From a virus (lineage: Duplodnaviria > Heunggongvirae > Uroviricota > Caudoviricetes), in the IMG/VR virus record IMGVR_UViG_2695420739_000005, positions 1 to 5,995 of that record: DNA of 5,995 nucleotides. One strand, given 5' to 3'. The notes below the pieces were generated by a model. That model made no database searches, was not told the DNA's origin, and saw only the letters and a program-made list of their open reading frames with translations. The position numbers and the translations under genes are program-made. Positions 1 through 5,995 of the stretch are shown piece after piece (the first letter of the stretch is position 1; the number at the start of each line of letters is the position of its first letter).

Positions 1-2036
1 CAACGGTTCAGGGTGTCCTGGGTGGCTTTGACCGGGGCAATCAGGTTTTTAAACCACTGCCACGCGGCCTGTAACTTTTCGCCCAGCCAGTCAAACACCG
101 GCTTCAGTGGCGTGAACAGTTCCCCCACCGGCGCAAATGCCGCTTTCAGCCCTTCAACCACACCGCCAAAGAATGCGCTGACAGGCTCCCAGTATTTACG
201 GATAAGCAACGCCCCGGCGACAATGGCGGCCACCACGGCCACAACCGGCCAGCTAATCGCCCCGATGGCGGTTATAACAGCACTGCTAACCGTCGTGAAG
301 ATTGCCCCCATTGCGCCTGCTGCCGCGATAATGGCATTGATGCCGGTGATAACCGGCCAGGCTACAAGACCAATGGCACCGATGATGCCAATAAGCGCCA
401 GCGCGCCACCGACAATGAGGCCGATGGTTGACGCCAGTGATTTGTTTTTCTGGATCCAGCCGTCGAGTTTTAACACATACTTTGTGGCCGTCTGAGTGAG
501 CTTACGCAGTGCGCCTTCCTGCTGGTCAAACAGGTCAGTCCCCACCGCCTCATAAGCGGACTGAAACTCCTTAAAGTCACCGCCGAGGTTATCCTGCATG
601 ATTTTAACTAGCTCTTCCGTTTTACCGTCCGAGGCTTTCAGCGTGGCGGTCAGCGTATCCAGTTTTCCGCTTGCTGCCGCTGCCAGTAAAACGTTCGCTG
701 ATTTCAGGGCTTCCTCACCAAAAATGGTTTTAAGGTATTCCCCCTTCTGAGACGTTCCCAGCTTATGCTTATCAAAGCTGGCCTGAATCTCTTTCAGAAT
801 GGTGAACAACGGACGCATATTTCCCTTTTTGTCCGAGGTTTTAACGCCAAGCTCTTTGAGTGCATCCCATGCTTTTCCAGTCGGTGCCTGTAATCGGGTG
901 ACAACGGCACTGCTACCCGTACCCGCCATTGACCCCCTGATGTTATTGTCATGCAGCACACCGGTCATGGCCGCTGCCTGCTCAAGACTTACACCTGCCG
1001 TCCTCGCAACCGGGCCGAGGTAAGTCAGTGCATCACTGAGTCCCTGAAAATCAGCCGCCGACTTATTCATCGTTGCCGACAACACGTCGCCCACATGGCT
1101 GACATCATCATTTGACAGTTGAAAGGATGCCTTAGTCCCCAGCAACAATTGCGCGTTTTCTTCCATCGACCGCTGGTTTGCCAGTGCCATATTCAGTGTG
1201 ACCGGCGTTGCTGCCTGAATAGCCGCAGCATCTCCACCCGCTTTCGCAATGATAATCTGTGCACCGGCTGCATCATCTGCCGAGGCTGCGGTATTGTCGC
1301 CGAGCTGGCGCGCCTGCTTGCGGAGTGCGGTCATTTCGGCGGAGTCTTTTGCCACTCCGAGCACGGCCTGCAATTCTGAGTTTTTCTGCGCAAACTCATA
1401 ACCGGGCATCAGCAGCTTAACTCCGGCCATCGTTCCCGCCGCCGCAATCCCCACACCGGCAGCGCCCACTGAGGCCATATTTCCGGCCAGTTCCTTGCCT
1501 GCCTGATAACGCTGTTTTACTGCGTTAAGTTTTGCCTGTTGCGCGCTGACACGCGCCAGCGCGTCACGCTGACGGTTAAGCTGTGCGGTGGTTTCACTGA
1601 TACGGTTTTTCAGTCCCTGCTCATCATGTGCAAGATTGCGGGTATTAATTCCCACAACGGCCAGTTCCCGCTGCTGGCGTTTAACGGAATCCGTCAGGCG
1701 GTTATATTTCGCCTGTAAGTCCTCCGCCGCACGCTTTGCGGATTCCAGCACTTTCGCCTGAGCACGTGTCGGACGTTCGGTGTTTTTAAACTGTGTGGCA
1801 AGGGCTTCGGCCTCCTGCCGTGCCTTTTCAAGTGCATGACCAGTCACGGCGAGCTGTGCACTGGTCTTGCGAAATCCCTCAATACGGGATGCCTGACCGT
1901 TCAGCTCGCGCAGTGATTTTTGTGTTTCCCGGATATCCCCCGACAGCGATTTGCTCGCTGTGCGGATGGATTTAAACGGGCGGGATGCCTGGTCAACAGC
2001 CCTGAGCAATACCTGTAATTTTACATTGTTACTCAT
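1..2036 (-). CDS. T: Tail tape measure protein (P2 gpT-like), 5' part only; 3' end runs off the left edge of the window
   Basis: Minus-strand ATG at 2034-2036 opens a frame that I read as MSNNVKLQVLLRAVDQASRPFKSIRTASKSL... and that appears to stay open to position 1; it is absent from the ORF track, consistent with running off the window edge. The translation has long Ala/Gln/Leu-rich coiled-coil-like stretches and Gly/Ala/Ile-rich hydrophobic segments typical of tape measure proteins. It sits directly downstream of E/E' as in P2 (FI-FII-E-E'-T). Plus-strand ORFs 13..495, 799..1023, 1119..1379 and 1793..1975 are antisense to it. Confidence 0.88.
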   Translation of the reverse strand, partial: MSNNVKLQVLLRAVDQASRPFKSIRTASKSLSGDIRETQKSLRELNGQASRIEGFRKTSAQLAVTGHALEKARQEAEALATQFKNTERPTRAQAKVLESAKRAAEDLQAKYNRLTDSVKRQQRELAVVGINTRNLAHDEQGLKNRISETTAQLNRQRDALARVSAQQAKLNAVKQRYQAGKELAGNMASVGAAGVGIAAAGTMAGVKLLMPGYEFAQKNSELQAVLGVAKDSAEMTALRKQARQLGDNTAASADDAAGAQIIIAKAGGDAAAIQAATPVTLNMALANQRSMEENAQLLLGTKASFQLSNDDVSHVGDVLSATMNKSAADFQGLSDALTYLGPVARTAGVSLEQAAAMTGVLHDNNIRGSMAGTGSSAVVTRLQAPTGKAWDALKELGVKTSDKKGNMRPLFTILKEIQASFDKHKLGTSQKGEYLKTIFGEEALKSANVLLAAAASGKLDTLTATLKASDGKTEELVKIMQDNLGGDFKEFQSAYEAVGTDLFDQQEGALRKLTQTATKYVLKLDGWIQKNKSLASTIGLIVGGALALIGIIGAIGLVAWPVITGINAIIAAAGAMGAIFTTVSSAVITAIGAISWPVVAVVAAIVAGALLIRKYWEPVSAFFGGVVEGLKAAFAPVGELFTPLKPVFDWLGEKLQAAWQWFKNLIAPVKATQDTLNR

Positions 2037-2456
2037 TCGTGTTTCCGCTTCGCCGGAGCGCCTTTTCGCGCCATGTGATGAGTTCGGTCAGGCTCATGGG
2101 ATACAGTTCTGATGGCGGCCAGTGAAATATCACTGCCACATCCGCCATCAGGTCATCGACCGAGAGATTTTTCGGAAACGTCACTGCACCGAGTTCGGCG
2201 ACAAAAAACCGACCACCTTACCGGCCAGCGCCACAAGGTCAGGCAGTTCCAGCGCGGCGACCTCCTGCTCGGTCAGCATCGGTGCCGTCATGCGAGGCAG
2301 CACTTTAATCAGTGCATCGACTTCGGAGTTTGCGACCGCAGCCAGACTGACACCGCGCAGCGTCCCCGCACTGGGTTTCATCAGCGTGACCTGTTCGATA
2401 ACCTGCTCACCACGCTTGACCGGATTGTCCAGGGTAATCACATTTTCTTTGTTCAT
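2029..2456 (-). CDS. E+E': gpE+E' fusion made by programmed -1 ribosomal frameshift (predicted 142 aa)
   Basis: Minus-strand slippery heptamer T_TTT_TTG at 2202-2208 lies in E codons 84-85 (F-L). Shifting -1 there opens a 57-codon extension (VAELGAVTFPKNLSVDDLMADVAVIFHWPPSELYPMSLTELITWREKALRRSGNTNE) ending at TAA 2029-2031. That stop overlaps the T start in the string ATGAGTAA. This is the same architecture as P2 E/E' and lambda G/GT. Confidence 0.75.
2181..2456 (-). CDS. E: Tail assembly chaperone gpE (zero-frame product, 91 aa)
   Basis: ORF-track protein MNKENVITLDNPVKRGEQVIEQVTLMKPSAGTLRGVSLAAV...GFLSPNSVQ, recognised as P2 gpE. Position between FII and T matches P2 synteny. Ends 21 codons after a slippery heptamer. 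Confidence 0.9.
   Translation of the reverse strand: MNKENVITLDNPVKRGEQVIEQVTLMKPSAGTLRGVSLAAVANSEVDALIKVLPRMTAPMLTEQEVAALELPDLVALAGKVVGFLSPNSVQ
2202..2208 (-). promoter_or_regulatory. Programmed -1 frameshift slippery site T_TTT_TTG
   Basis: Plus-strand caaaaaa at 2202-2208 is TTTTTTG on the coding (minus) strand, in the X_XXY_YYZ register relative to the E frame. Confidence 0.75.
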
Positions 2457-2484
2457 GGTTTTCTCACTTCTTAATCAGGGTTAA

Positions 2485-2505
2485 CCGGTCAGCCTGGCTG
2501 ACCGG
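2485..2505 (-). other. GC-rich intercistronic hairpin between FII stop and E start (9 bp stem, 3 nt loop)
   Basis: ccggtcagc-ctg-gctgaccgg is a perfect 9 bp inverted repeat sitting in the 56 bp FII-E spacer. It is not followed by a U-tract on the transcribed strand, so it is not a canonical intrinsic terminator. Confidence 0.45.
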
Positions 2506-2512
2506 ATGAAAA

Positions 2513-3031
2513 TCACAGGCCGATATTTCGGCGGTGTTGCTCCAGCCGGTCGACGCCGTTCACCTTCTCAATCATGTTGATGGTGTCGATTTCGACCAGC
2601 TCCTTACCGTCCATCGTCAGCCGGAAATAGGTGCAGATCACGGAGATTTTCGACTCGGTGTCTTCTCCCTGTTTACCCTCGCCGGTGTCGATTTCTTTCT
2701 GACGTCCACGCATGACCACCTCGACGGCCACCGTTTCGCCGGTATCGTCGCGCTGGTAAGAGCCTGCAAAACGAATCGGTACGGCATCCACACCGGTTGC
2801 GGCGTAAAGCTCCCAGATAACCGAATCCGGGAAGCCACCGAGCGACCACTCCATTGACAGCGCATCGTCATCAAGGCCGAGGTCTACCGGTGCGCTGCCA
2901 TTCATCCCCGCACCGCGATAGTTTTCGAGCTTACGGGTCAGTTTTGGTAGCGTGACGGACTTCGCGACGCCCTGATAGCTGTAGCCGTTCAGAAAGACGT
3001 TCATTAACTTGAGTTTGCGCGGCATTGCCAT
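2513..3031 (-). CDS. FII: Contractile tail tube protein (P2 gpFII-like)
   Basis: ORF-track protein MAMPRKLKLMNVFLNGYSYQGVAKSVTLPKLTRKLENYRGAG... (172 aa), recognised as P2 FII. Strong SD (TAAGGAG) 8 nt upstream of the ATG, immediately after the FI stop. Confidence 0.92.
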   Translation of the reverse strand: MAMPRKLKLMNVFLNGYSYQGVAKSVTLPKLTRKLENYRGAGMNGSAPVDLGLDDDALSMEWSLGGFPDSVIWELYAATGVDAVPIRFAGSYQRDDTGETVAVEVVMRGRQKEIDTGEGKQGEDTESKISVICTYFRLTMDGKELVEIDTINMIEKVNGVDRLEQHRRNIGL

Positions 3032-3043
3032 CGGTCAGGCTCC

Positions 3044-4234
3044 TTAATTGCTGTTAACCGAGGTGACCAGATTTGCCAGGTATTTATCGGTAATACGCTG
3101 GCGCAGGGTCAGGTTTTCAAGAGGAGGTACCGGTGTATAGTCGTAGTCGATATACAGTTTTCCGGCCTTGAGGGTTTCCGCATCGTTGGATTCTTCGCTG
3201 AACCAGCAGGTCGCATCCACGATATAACCGTTTGTTTTCAGCTCACGGAATTTGGCATTGATGCCGTCAACGATGTCGCGAATCAGCGTTGCGGTGATGG
3301 GCTTGTCCACCGCCCACATGTGCGCCTCAGCCATCGTGTCGGCCAGCACCTGCGCGGTGCGGGTGTAGTTTTCAAAAAGGAACAGCGGGTCATCAGAGCA
3401 GGTACGGTTACCCCAGAATCGGAAACCGTCGCGGCGAATCAGCGTAGTGACGCCTGACTCGTTAAGCAGGTCAGCATCGGTGCCGGACTCCTGCAAATCC
3501 CAGAATACAGATGCGCTGATGCCGGTAACACCGTTTACCCCGACGTTGGACAGCGTTTTATGCCAGCCCTGCTCCTGGTCGATTTTAGCGCGCAGACCCA
3601 GCGCACGGGCGGTGGCATACGCGGTGGCGGTGGTACTGGCAACCGTATCCCATGCGAGGAAATCCGGCCAGATGACCATCAGCTCACGCTGGCTGAAATT
3701 CTGGCGGTAGGCTTTCACCTCGGAAATGGTCTTACAGCCCCACGCGCTGATATATCCGAAAGCGCGCAGCTTCTGACAGACGGATGCCAGTGCAATAGCC
3801 ACCTCTTTGGTATCCAGTCCCGGCACACCGAGAATACGCGGTTTAACACCGGTTACCGACTCCGCCGCCAGCAGGGCTTTCAGTCCGGTGTACTGACCGT
3901 TTTCGTCAGTGGTGCCGATGATATTGGAAACGGTCTGCGCGAGTTTCGTTTCCTCGTCGTCGCCGGTGCCGTCTTCCACACGCACGACAACGGTGACCGG
4001 TTTTGACTGGTCGGCGATAGCCTGCAACGATGCCGCCAGCGTGCCTTTTTTACCGGCCTTTGCAATTGCGCTTTGCACATTGGTAATCAGCACCGGTTTA
4101 TTGAGGGGGAAGGTTTCCGCATCCGCATCGCTGGCCGTGCAGACCATGCCGACAATGGCAGTGGATACAGTGGAAATGACGCGGGTGCCGTCGTTAATCT
4201 CCAGCACCTGCACGCCGTGATGATAGTCACTCAT
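3044..4234 (-). CDS. FI: Contractile tail sheath protein (P2 gpFI-like)
   Basis: ORF-track protein MSDYHHGVQVLEINDGTRVISTVSTAIVGMVCTASDADAETFPLNKPVLITNVQ... (396 aa), recognised as P2 FI. GGAG about 9 nt upstream of the ATG. Plus-strand ORFs 3447..3710, 3560..4006 and 3909..4220 and minus-strand ORF 3880..4080 are out-of-frame or antisense artefacts. Confidence 0.93.
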   Translation of the reverse strand: MSDYHHGVQVLEINDGTRVISTVSTAIVGMVCTASDADAETFPLNKPVLITNVQSAIAKAGKKGTLAASLQAIADQSKPVTVVVRVEDGTGDDEETKLAQTVSNIIGTTDENGQYTGLKALLAAESVTGVKPRILGVPGLDTKEVAIALASVCQKLRAFGYISAWGCKTISEVKAYRQNFSQRELMVIWPDFLAWDTVASTTATAYATARALGLRAKIDQEQGWHKTLSNVGVNGVTGISASVFWDLQESGTDADLLNESGVTTLIRRDGFRFWGNRTCSDDPLFLFENYTRTAQVLADTMAEAHMWAVDKPITATLIRDIVDGINAKFRELKTNGYIVDATCWFSEESNDAETLKAGKLYIDYDYTPVPPLENLTLRQRITDKYLANLVTSVNSN

Positions 4235-4293
4235 CCGTTTAACTCCGTGGTTAATGGGTGTGTGGTATTTTCAGTTGTGCCGGAGATATCAGG

Positions 4294-4887
4294 CTATTTG
4301 TCCCGGTTGGCTAAGGGATGACACAATTTATTCTTTGCCGCTGATGAGGGGAATTTTTTATAGAGCGTGGACAGGCCAATATCAAAAATCAGCGCCACAC
4401 GTTGACGAGATTCCCCCGCAGCCAGCAACCGTCCGACCTGCTCCCACTCACTCGTGGTGAGTTTCGGTCGTCTGCCACCAATACGACCTTTGGCTCTGGC
4501 CGCTTCCAGTCCGGCGCGTGTCCGCTCGACAATGAGTTCTCGCTCCATTTCAGCCAGGGCACCCATCACATGAAAGAAAAAACGCCCCATCGGCGTGCTG
4601 GTATCAATAGCATCCGTCAGGCTGCGAAAATTAACGCCGCGTTCGCGCAGTTCCTCAACCAGAATGACCAGATGCCGCATACTACGCCCCAGCCTGTCCA
4701 GCTTCCAGACTACCAGAGTGTCACCTGCTGATAATGTTCTGAGCAGCTTTTTCAGTCCCGGTCGGTCGGACTTCGTGCCGCTGATTTTATCCTCAAAAAT
4801 CAGCTCACATCCTGCGCACTCCAGCGCGTTACGCTGCAATTCCGTGTTCTGGTCATTTGTTGATACACGAACATAACCTATATGCAT
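4294..4887 (-). CDS. Site-specific serine DNA invertase (Gin/Hin/Cin/Pin, Din family)
   Basis: 197 aa. N-terminus MHIGYVRVSTNDQNTELQRNAL carries the catalytic-serine motif (YVRVSTxDQ) of resolvase/invertase catalytic domains. Also has the VVWKLDRLGRS and FFHVMGALAEMERELIVERT motifs and a C-terminal HTH region (GRRPKLT...LSTLYKKF). Sits beside an invertible tail-fibre cassette. Confidence 0.9.
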   Translation of the reverse strand: MHIGYVRVSTNDQNTELQRNALECAGCELIFEDKISGTKSDRPGLKKLLRTLSAGDTLVVWKLDRLGRSMRHLVILVEELRERGVNFRSLTDAIDTSTPMGRFFFHVMGALAEMERELIVERTRAGLEAARAKGRIGGRRPKLTTSEWEQVGRLLAAGESRQRVALIFDIGLSTLYKKFPSSAAKNKLCHPLANRDK

Positions 4888-5048
4888 AAAAATCCCTATA
4901 AAAACAGAATAATGACACAGAATTATCTATATATGTACAAGCGGACAAGACTATGGAGCACTCAATTACAATAATCTTGCAGGATAAGAATATTTACTGA
5001 TAGTGGATACATAGCCCACTTAGCATTCCCATGTGAATCAATTAAGTA

Positions 5049-5057
5049 TGGTAAGAT
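5049..5057 (+). promoter_or_regulatory. Candidate extended -10 promoter element (TGgTAAGAT) for the cargo ORF
   Basis: TG-n-TAAGAT lies about 30 nt upstream of the ATG at 5086. No convincing -35 was found, so this is weak. Confidence 0.25.
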
Positions 5058-5085
5058 ATGTTGACCTCAATAAAAGGAAAATCTG

Positions 5086-5403
5086 ATGAACATCGATACC
5101 AATAAAAAAACTACCACACTGAAATATTTTGTCGAAGCCTATCCAGAGAGAATCACTGCTCAAGCGTGGGAACGCCTGGTCAATGAAATTGGTGATTTAA
5201 AAGAAGTTTATGGATATATCGCCTTTCTGCATGACGATGGGTATCTTACAGGAAAGGTAATCTTTGATGGTTCTCCTGAAAGTATTGATGGATGGAGTGT
5301 AGATACTGACTCTCTAAGGATTACATCACAAGGTTATCATTATTGGAAAAAATCAAACCCTACAACACAAGGGAGTAGCGGAATCCTCAGAAGGAACAGA
5401 TAA
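5086..5403 (+). CDS. Hypothetical protein, 105 aa, unknown function (cargo gene in phage hotspot)
   Basis: ORF MNIDTNKKTTTLKYFVEAYPERITAQAWERLVNEIGDLKEVYGYIAFLHDDGYLTGKVIFDGS...; SD AAGGA at 5074-5078 with a 7 nt spacer to the ATG. It is the only ORF in the AT-rich island, is hydrophilic with no obvious transmembrane segment, and is followed by a strong hairpin at 5411-5440. I cannot assign it to a named family with confidence. Confidence 0.6.
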   Translation: MNIDTNKKTTTLKYFVEAYPERITAQAWERLVNEIGDLKEVYGYIAFLHDDGYLTGKVIFDGSPESIDGWSVDTDSLRITSQGYHYWKKSNPTTQGSSGILRRNR

Positions 5404-5410
5404 CTAATAA

Positions 5411-5440
5411 AGATGGTAGCACCATTTGGTGTTACCATCT
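5411..5440. terminator. Stem-loop (13 bp stem with one G-U pair, 4 nt loop), possible bidirectional terminator after the cargo ORF
   Basis: agatggtagcacc-attt-ggtgttaccatct starts 8 nt after the cargo stop codon. It is flanked by A-rich sequence on the 5' side (T-rich for a minus-strand transcript) and a weaker T content on the 3' side. Confidence 0.45.
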
Positions 5441-5529
5441 TAAAATATACCGTGACAATCAGCACTTTCCATTTTTATCTAACAATCAATACTAAAACAT
5501 TCCCTTCTTTCAACATCATATTTAACCGA

Positions 5530-5555
5530 TTCCATAAAACGTTGGTTTGGGAGAA
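5530..5555. other. Invertase crossover site (gix/cix/hix-like, 26 bp, imperfect dyad)
   Basis: TTCCATAAAACG-TT-GGTTTGGGAGAA. It has the AAAC..GGTTT core and TTC...GAA ends characteristic of Din-family crossover sites, and matches about 18 of 26 positions against Mu gixL as I recall it. It sits exactly where the tail-fibre variable reading frame begins. Confidence 0.7.
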
Positions 5556-5993
5556 GGCTCTGCATTACCTGTTGGTGTCCCTGTTCCGTGGCCTTCAGCT
5601 ACGCCGCCAACAGGCTGGCTGAAATGCAATGGCGCTGCCTTTGATAAGGTTAAATATCCCCGTCTTGCTACAGCATATCCATCAGGGAAACTACCTGATC
5701 TCCGCGGTGAGTTTATTCGTGGCTGGGATGATGGGCGCGGCATTGATACAGGGCGTGCTTTATTGAGTATTCAGAGTGATGAAGTCAGAAAGCTCGCATT
5801 AAAATACTGGGGACCAGCTTCAAACAGTTCACCATCAAAAACATTTGCACTCAGCGACAGTGCCGGTGGCGGGTTGTACACGGATGGAATAAGTCAGGCA
5901 AGCGGTGGGATTATCAACGCTTTTCAGCTCCCTGGCGGTAACGAAACCCGCCCACGAAATGTTGCATTTAACTATATCGTGAGGGCTGCATAA
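5547..5993 (+). CDS. Alternative tail-fibre C-terminal variable segment (silent cassette, Hv'/Sv'-like); no independent start
   Basis: The frame is open from 5538, just after an in-frame TAA at 5535-5537 inside the crossover site; the track start at 5547 is a TTG. The translation begins with the ...LPVGVPVPWPSATPPTGW... motif found at the constant/variable junction of Mu S and P2 H-type fibres and ends with NVAFNYIVRAA, the conserved C-terminal signature of these fibres. Orientation is opposite to the other tail genes, as expected for the unexpressed arm of an invertible segment. Confidence 0.8.
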   Translation: MGEGSALPVGVPVPWPSATPPTGWLKCNGAAFDKVKYPRLATAYPSGKLPDLRGEFIRGWDDGRGIDTGRALLSIQSDEVRKLALKYWGPASNSSPSKTFALSDSAGGGLYTDGISQASGGIINAFQLPGGNETRPRNVAFNYIVRAA

Positions 5994-5995
5994 TG
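5993..5995 (+). CDS. Start codon of the downstream gene, presumably a tail-fibre assembly chaperone (tfa'/U'-like); the body is outside the window
   Basis: ATG overlaps the cassette stop in the string TAATG, with GAGGG 7 nt upstream. Only the start codon is visible, so the identity is inferred purely from synteny with Mu S'-U' and P2 H-G. Confidence 0.35.

Larger units (their letters stand above)
4888..5529. other. AT-rich cargo island (moron) between the invertase start and the tail-fibre crossover site
   Basis: By eye, base composition drops sharply (long A/T runs, roughly one-third G+C) compared with the GC-rich tail genes on both sides; not computed exactly. Contains a single ORF with its own translation signals and a flanking hairpin. 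Confidence 0.6.

Noticed and set aside
43-54. Palindrome GGTTTTTAAACC, which superficially resembles an invertase crossover core
   Set aside because: The half-sites are in the wrong order (GGTTT..AAACC rather than AAACC..GGTTT), the TTC/GAA flanks are missing, and it lies inside the tape-measure coding sequence. Likely coincidental.
13-1975. Plus-strand ORFs 13..495, 799..1023, 1119..1379 and 1793..1975
   Set aside because: They are antisense to the continuous minus-strand tape-measure frame, Ala/Pro/Thr/Cys-rich as expected from reverse-strand GC-rich coding sequence, and lack ribosome-binding sites.
2112-2484. Two overlapping plus-strand 120-aa ORFs across gene E
   Set aside because: Antisense to the well-supported gpE and E' reading frames; arginine/histidine-rich, low-complexity translations typical of antisense artefacts.
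2534-4220. Plus-strand ORFs 2534..2857, 3447..3710, 3560..4006, 3909..4220 and minus-strand ORFs 2638..2874, 3880..4080
   Set aside because: All lie inside the recognised FII and FI genes, antisense or in alternative frames, and have no independent translation signals.
4073-4876. Plus-strand ORFs 4073..4321, 4254..4460, 4402..4731 and 4595..4876
   Set aside because: Antisense to FI and to the invertase gene, whose protein-level identities are clear.
4912-4974. Tiny plus-strand ORF of about 20 codons in the invertase-cargo spacer
   Set aside because: Too short, no ribosome-binding site seen, and it lies in a probable promoter region. No support for a micro-protein or antitoxin from sequence alone.
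5413-5743. Plus-strand ORF 5413..5622 and minus-strand ORF 5522..5743
   Set aside because: The first spans the hairpin and the crossover site in a different frame from the tail-fibre cassette. The second is antisense to the cassette, with a Pro/Gly/Arg-rich translation.
1-5995. CRISPR arrays, tRNA or rRNA genes, transposase or IS elements
   Set aside because: No spaced direct repeats, cloverleaf-like tRNA candidates, or terminal inverted repeats with transposase-like ORFs were seen. The window is fully accounted for by phage tail genes plus the invertase and cargo region.

Overview
This window is the tail module of a P2-like (Peduovirus-type) temperate phage or prophage from an enterobacterial host, lying in reverse orientation to the standard P2 map. 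All calls rest on reading the supplied ORF translations and the raw sequence, and on recognising P2 proteins from memory; no database search was possible. Reading left to right, the minus strand carries the N-terminal ~680 codons of the tape measure gene T (its frame stays open to the window edge), the chaperone gene E with its -1 frameshift extension E', tail tube FII and tail sheath FI. Upstream of FI is a minus-strand Gin/Hin/Cin/Pin-family serine DNA invertase, then a roughly 650 bp AT-rich island with one 105-aa plus-strand ORF of unknown function that has its own ribosome-binding site and a downstream hairpin. Next come a 26 bp gix/cix/hix-like crossover site and a silent alternative tail-fibre C-terminal cassette ending in the tail-fibre signature NVAFNYIVRAA, with a downstream gene starting at the last three bases. 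The most interesting element is the AT-rich single-gene cargo wedged between the invertase and its crossover site, in the position equivalent to the P2 Z/fun hotspot; it is a candidate novel defence or exclusion gene. Most plus-strand ORFs in the track are antisense artefacts of the minus-strand tail genes.
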